Below are positions 60,143-64,000 of a stretch of DNA of 64,000 nt, piece after piece; within the stretch, counting starts at the first letter, position 1; each line of letters opens with the position of its first letter. The notes beneath the pieces were generated by a model. The model ran no database searches and was not told where the DNA came from. It saw only the letters and a list, made by a program, of their open reading frames with translations. Both the position numbers and the translations under genes were made by a program. Origin of the DNA: Propionibacteriaceae bacterium Y2011 (lineage in GTDB: Bacteria > Actinomycetota > Actinomycetes > Propionibacteriales > Propionibacteriaceae). The stretch lies in assembly GCA_050157065.1 (NCBI GenBank), contig CP189573.1. One strand, written 5' to 3'.

Positions 60143-62236
60143 TCACTCGCCGCGGGCCTTCTGGATCACCTCGTCGGCCACCGACTGCGGCATCTCGGCG
60201 TACGAGTCGAACTCCATCGAGTACGAGGCCTGACCGGAGGTCTTCGACCGCAGGTCACCCACGTAGCCGAACATCTCCGACAGGGGCACGAGAGCCTCGA
60301 CGACCTGGTCGCCGTGCTCCTCACGGGTGCCCTGCATCAGGCCACGCCGGGAGTTCAGGTCGCCGATCACGTTGCCGAGGAAGTCGTCGGGGGTGGTGAC
60401 CTCGACCTTCATCATCGGCTCGAGCAGCGCCGGATCGGCACGACGGGCGGCCTCCTTGAAGACCTGGATGCCGGCGATCTTGAACGCGAGCTCGGAGGAG
60501 TCGACGTCATGGTAGGCACCGTCGGTCAGGGTGACCTTGATGTCCTCGACCGGGTAGCCGGCCAGGACACCGAACTGCATGGCCTCCTGGATCCCCTCGT
60601 CGACCGGCGGGATGTACTCGCGCGGGATGCGGCCACCGGTGATCGCGTTGACGAACTCGTAGCCCGACCCCGGCTCCTGCGGCTCCAGCGAGATGATCAC
60701 GCGAGCGTACTGACCCGAACCACCCGACTGCTTCTTGTGGGTGTACTCGATCTTCTCCACCGGGCGACGCAGGGTCTCGCGGTAGGCGACCTGCGGCTTG
60801 CCGATGTTGGCCTCGACCTTGAACTCACGACGCATCCGGTCGATCAGGATGTCGAGGTGCAGCTCGCCCATGCCGGCGATGATCGTCTGCCCGGTCTCGG
60901 TGTCGGTGTGCACGCGGAAGGTGGGGTCCTCCTCCGCGAGCCGCTGGATGGCGGCCGACAGCTTCTCCTGGTCGCTCTTGGTCTTCGGCTCGATGGCCTG
61001 CTCGATGACCGGCGCCGGGAAGTCCATCGACTCCAGCACGATCGGGTTCGAGGGGTCGGCCAGCGTCTCCCCGGTGGTGGTGTCCTTCAGACCCATCACG
61101 GCGACGATCTGACCGGCACCGACCGAGGCGATCTCCTCACGCTTGTTGGCGTGCATCTGGTAGATCTTGCCGATCCGCTCCTTGCGCTGCTTGGTGCTGT
61201 TGAGCACCTGGCTGCCGGTCTCGAGGCGACCCGAGTAGATGCGGACGTAGGTCAGCCGGCCCAGGTGCGGGTCGGAGGCGATCTTGAACGCCAGCGCCGA
61301 CAGCGGCTCGGAGTCCGACGGCTTGCGGTGCAGCTCGGTCTCCTCGTCGCCCGGCTTGAAGCCGTCGATGGCCTCGACGTCGAGCGGCGACGGCAGGTAG
61401 CTGACGACCGCGTCGAGCAGCGGCTGCACACCCTTGTTCTTGAACGCCGAGCCGCAGAACACGGCCGTCAGCGAGCTGGCCAGGACGGCGCGTCGGATGG
61501 CGGCTTGCAGGTCGTCGACGGTGAACTCGCCCTCGAGGTACTTCTCGGCGAACACGTCGTCATGGTCGGCGATCACCTCGACGAGCTCGTCGTGAGCTGT
61601 CTGGGCTGCATCGGCCATGTCGGCCGGGATCTCCTCGACCTCGTAGTCCTCGCCGATCTTGGTCTCGCCACGCCAGGTGAGCGCGCGCATCTTGACCAGG
61701 TCGATCACACCGAGGAAGTCGCCCTCGGCGCCGATCGGCAGCTGCATCACCGCAGCGGTCGCGTTGAGCCGCTTGCGGATGGTGCCGACGGCGTACTCGA
61801 AGTTGGCGCCGGTGCGGTCGAGCTTGTTGACGAAGCAGATGCGAGGAACGCCGTACCGGTCGGCCTGCCGCCACACGGTCTGCGACTGCGGCTCCACGCC
61901 AGCCACGCCGTCGAACACCGCGACGGCGCCGTCGAGCACGCGCAGGTTGCGCTCGACCTCGATTGTGAAGTCGACGTGCCCGGGGGTGTCGATGATGTTG
62001 ATCTGGGTGTCGTGCCAGTGACAGGTGGTGGCGGCGGAGGTGATGGTGATGCCACGCTCCTGCTCCTGCTCCATCCAGTCCATGGTCGCACCGCCGTCGT
62101 GCGTCTCACCGATCTTGTAGTTGATGCCGGTGTAGAACAGGATCCGCTCGGTGGTGGTGGTCTTGCCGGCGTCGATGTGCGCCATGATGCCGATGTTGCG
62201 GACCTTGCCCAGGTCAGTCTTGATTTCGACGGCCAC
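60143..62236 (-). CDS. fusA: elongation factor G
   Basis: 697 aa, [15 protein letters not shown]. Confidence 0.96.
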   Translation of the reverse strand: MAVEIKTDLGKVRNIGIMAHIDAGKTTTTERILFYTGINYKIGETHDGGATMDWMEQEQERGITITSAATTCHWHDTQINIIDTPGHVDFTIEVERNLRVLDGAVAVFDGVAGVEPQSQTVWRQADRYGVPRICFVNKLDRTGANFEYAVGTIRKRLNATAAVMQLPIGAEGDFLGVIDLVKMRALTWRGETKIGEDYEVEEIPADMADAAQTAHDELVEVIADHDDVFAEKYLEGEFTVDDLQAAIRRAVLASSLTAVFCGSAFKNKGVQPLLDAVVSYLPSPLDVEAIDGFKPGDEETELHRKPSDSEPLSALAFKIASDPHLGRLTYVRIYSGRLETGSQVLNSTKQRKERIGKIYQMHANKREEIASVGAGQIVAVMGLKDTTTGETLADPSNPIVLESMDFPAPVIEQAIEPKTKSDQEKLSAAIQRLAEEDPTFRVHTDTETGQTIIAGMGELHLDILIDRMRREFKVEANIGKPQVAYRETLRRPVEKIEYTHKKQSGGSGQYARVIISLEPQEPGSGYEFVNAITGGRIPREYIPPVDEGIQEAMQFGVLAGYPVEDIKVTLTDGAYHDVDSSELAFKIAGIQVFKEAARRADPALLEPMMKVEVTTPDDFLGNVIGDLNSRRGLMQGTREEHGDQVVEALVPLSEMFGYVGDLRSKTSGQASYSMEFDSYAEMPQSVADEVIQKARGE

Positions 62237-62319
62237 GAAAGTTCAAACCTCTCGATTTCGGTGCGTGGAGGAGGAGGTGGAGCAGGTGGTGCGGCAGGGG
62301 CCACCGCACCGGGAGAAGA

Positions 62320-62790
62320 TCACCAGCGGTAGTGGGCGAAGGCGCGGTTGGCCTCGGCCATCTTGTGGGTGTCCTCACGACGCTTGACCGCCGCGCCCAG
62401 ACCGTTGGAGGCGTCCAGGATCTCGTTCATCAGGCGCTCGGCCATCGTCTTCTCGCGACGATCGCGGGCGAAGGAGACCAGCCAACGCATCGACAGCGTG
62501 GTGGCGCGGCCGGGCTTGACCTCGACCGGCACCTGGTAGGTGGCGCCACCGACGCGGCGGCTCTTCACCTCGAGCGACGGGCGGATGTTGTCCAGCGCAC
62601 GCTTCAGGGTCTGCACGGGGTCGACACCGGTCTTGGCGCGGGTGCCCTCGAGTGCGGAGTAGACGATGTTCTGCGCGACGGTCTTCTTGCCGTCCTGCAG
62701 CACCTTGCTCACCAGCTGGGAGACCAGCGGCGACCCGTACACGGGATCGACAAGGACGGGACGCTTCGGGGCGGGACCCTTGCGGGGCAT
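62320..62790 (-). CDS. rpsG: 30S ribosomal protein uS7
   Basis: Start [11 protein letters not shown] overlaps the rpsL stop (TAATG). Confidence 0.93.
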   Translation of the reverse strand: MPRKGPAPKRPVLVDPVYGSPLVSQLVSKVLQDGKKTVAQNIVYSALEGTRAKTGVDPVQTLKRALDNIRPSLEVKSRRVGGATYQVPVEVKPGRATTLSMRWLVSFARDRREKTMAERLMNEILDASNGLGAAVKRREDTHKMAEANRAFAHYRW

Positions 62791-63161
62791 TACTTCTCCT
62801 TCTTCGCGCCGTAGCGGCTGCGAGCCTGCTTGCGGTTCTTGACGCCCTGGGTGTCGAGGGAGCCGCGGATGATCTTGTATCGGACGCCGGGAAGGTCCTT
62901 CACCCGGCCACCGCGGACGAGCACCATCGAGTGCTCCTGCAGGTTGTGGCCGACCCCGGGGATGTACGCGGTCACCTCGATCGCGCTGGACAGTCGGACG
63001 CGAGCCACCTTCCGCAGTGCCGAGTTCGGCTTCTTGGGCGTGGTGGTGTAGACGCGGGTGCACACACCTCTGCGCTGGGGCGAACCCTTGAGCGCAGGCG
63101 TGTTGTTCTTGCTCACCTTGTCCTGGCGACCCTTACGGACCAGCTGCTGAATTGTGGGCAC
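62790..63161 (-). CDS. rpsL: 30S ribosomal protein uS12
   Basis: GTG start (V)[12 protein letters not shown]. 123 aa. Confidence 0.92.
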   Translation of the reverse strand: MPTIQQLVRKGRQDKVSKNNTPALKGSPQRRGVCTRVYTTTPKKPNSALRKVARVRLSSAIEVTAYIPGVGHNLQEHSMVLVRGGRVKDLPGVRYKIIRGSLDTQGVKNRKQARSRYGAKKEK

Positions 63162-63396
63162 CGCGTCGATCTCTTCTCTGTCGTTGACTGCTGGTTGGCG
63201 TCCGTCGGCGTGCCGCTCCCCACCAACCGAGGTTTCGTACCGAAGATGGTGCTTGGAGCAGACGGTCCGCAGGTGGACCCAGCGGCGCCCTGAGTGACAC
63301 ACGGGCACACGCTTGGGCTCGGGCAAGCCCGAACGCACCCGTCTAGGGTAATCGGTGCACGCCCGTCGGTCAAAAGGAGGCCCGCAGGATCACCCC

Positions 63397-63450
63397 GGGA
63401 TCACCCCGCCGCGAGGCCCGGGATCACCCCGCCGCGAGGCCGCAGAATCA
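63397..63450. repeat. tandem 27-nt direct repeat (two copies) in the rpsL divergent promoter region
   Basis: cgggatcaccccgccgcgaggcc occurs twice consecutively, preceded by a partial copy ggatcaccccggg. Confidence 0.6.
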
Positions 63451-63498
63451 ATCGTACGATGGATGGTCCGCGGGGTGCGGTCGATCGACGATGGTGCC

Positions 63499-63951
63499 AT
63501 GAAGAAGACAGTCTTTGCCCTGACCGCCCTATGGACCGCCCTCGGCCTGGCCGGCGGGTTGGCGTACCGCGAGATCACCAAGGCGGCCGAGTTCACCGGG
63601 AGCACCCAACTCGCCGTCGTTCACACCCACCTGTTGACCCTCGGCACCATCATCGGGTTCGTGCTCCTCGTGCTGGAGCAGGTGTTCCGGCTCAGTCGGT
63701 ACCGCCGCACGATGGTGGCCGGCCTGATCACCTGGAACCTCGGCCTGGTGATCACCTCGACCATGATGGCCTTCCACGGGGTGCAGCAGATCGACGGCGT
63801 GGCGTCCACCCCGATGACCGCCGGCATCTCGGGCCTCGGCCACATGCTGCTCACGACCGGCTTCGTGCTGTTCTTCGTCGCCCTCGGCCGGCGGGTCGTG
63901 CTCGACAAGGATGTGGCGCCGACCGCCGCCGCGACCCCGGTGATGGGCTAG
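63499..63951 (+). CDS. small integral membrane protein (4 TM, DUF2871-like)
   Basis: ATG at 63499 (MKKTVFALTALWTALGLAGG). Hydrophobic helices. Confidence 0.5.
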   Translation: MKKTVFALTALWTALGLAGGLAYREITKAAEFTGSTQLAVVHTHLLTLGTIIGFVLLVLEQVFRLSRYRRTMVAGLITWNLGLVITSTMMAFHGVQQIDGVASTPMTAGISGLGHMLLTTGFVLFFVALGRRVVLDKDVAPTAAATPVMG

Positions 63952-64000
63952 CTTCGTGGGCCATGGCAGCACGGAGGTCGGAGCACCCTCGCCCGGCGGC

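Overview
High-GC (about 70%) actinobacterial chromosome segment; gene content (TreY, GT87-like GT-C protein, sirtuin, S10/spc/alpha ribosomal clusters) fits Propionibacteriales/Nocardioidaceae-like taxa. The backbone is the conserved translation-gene superoperon, all on the minus strand. It runs rpsL-rpsG-fusA-tuf (62.3-63.2 kb back to 58.8 kb), then S10-spc (rpsJ to rpmD-rplO, 47.2 to 36.9 kb), secY-adk-map (35.5 to 32.7 kb), and infA-rpmJ-rpsM-rpsK-rpsD-rpoA-rplQ (15.5 to 11.2 kb). Two accessory blocks flank and interrupt this backbone (1.1-11 kb and 22.2-31.2 kb). They encode three Cys-type sulfatases, a secreted GH43 enzyme, a large GH-like protein, two large lipoprotein ABC sugar-binding proteins, one LplB/LplC-type permease pair, three Gfo/Idh/MocA oxidoreductases, a sugar-isomerase-like TIM barrel and a GntR regulator. 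Together this looks like a putative sulfated-glycan utilisation locus. Other notable content follows. uL4 and bL17 carry a near-identical C-terminal module of about 55 aa with roughly 90% nucleotide identity. An FAD oxidoreductase sits between rplO and secY. Two tandem paralogous membrane-anchored HExxH metallopeptidase-like genes have Q/Y/G-rich repeat tails. A MerR-like gene is translationally coupled to a VIT-vWA gene. There is a divergent CorA-like protein with a GAN motif. Two families of duplicated structured intergenic elements (about 137 nt and about 92 nt), a 30-nt tandem repeat array, and a motif array in the S10 leader are present. No tRNA, rRNA, CRISPR or recognisable transposase was found. 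Many long antisense ORFs in the six-frame track are GC-driven shadow ORFs and are not called.
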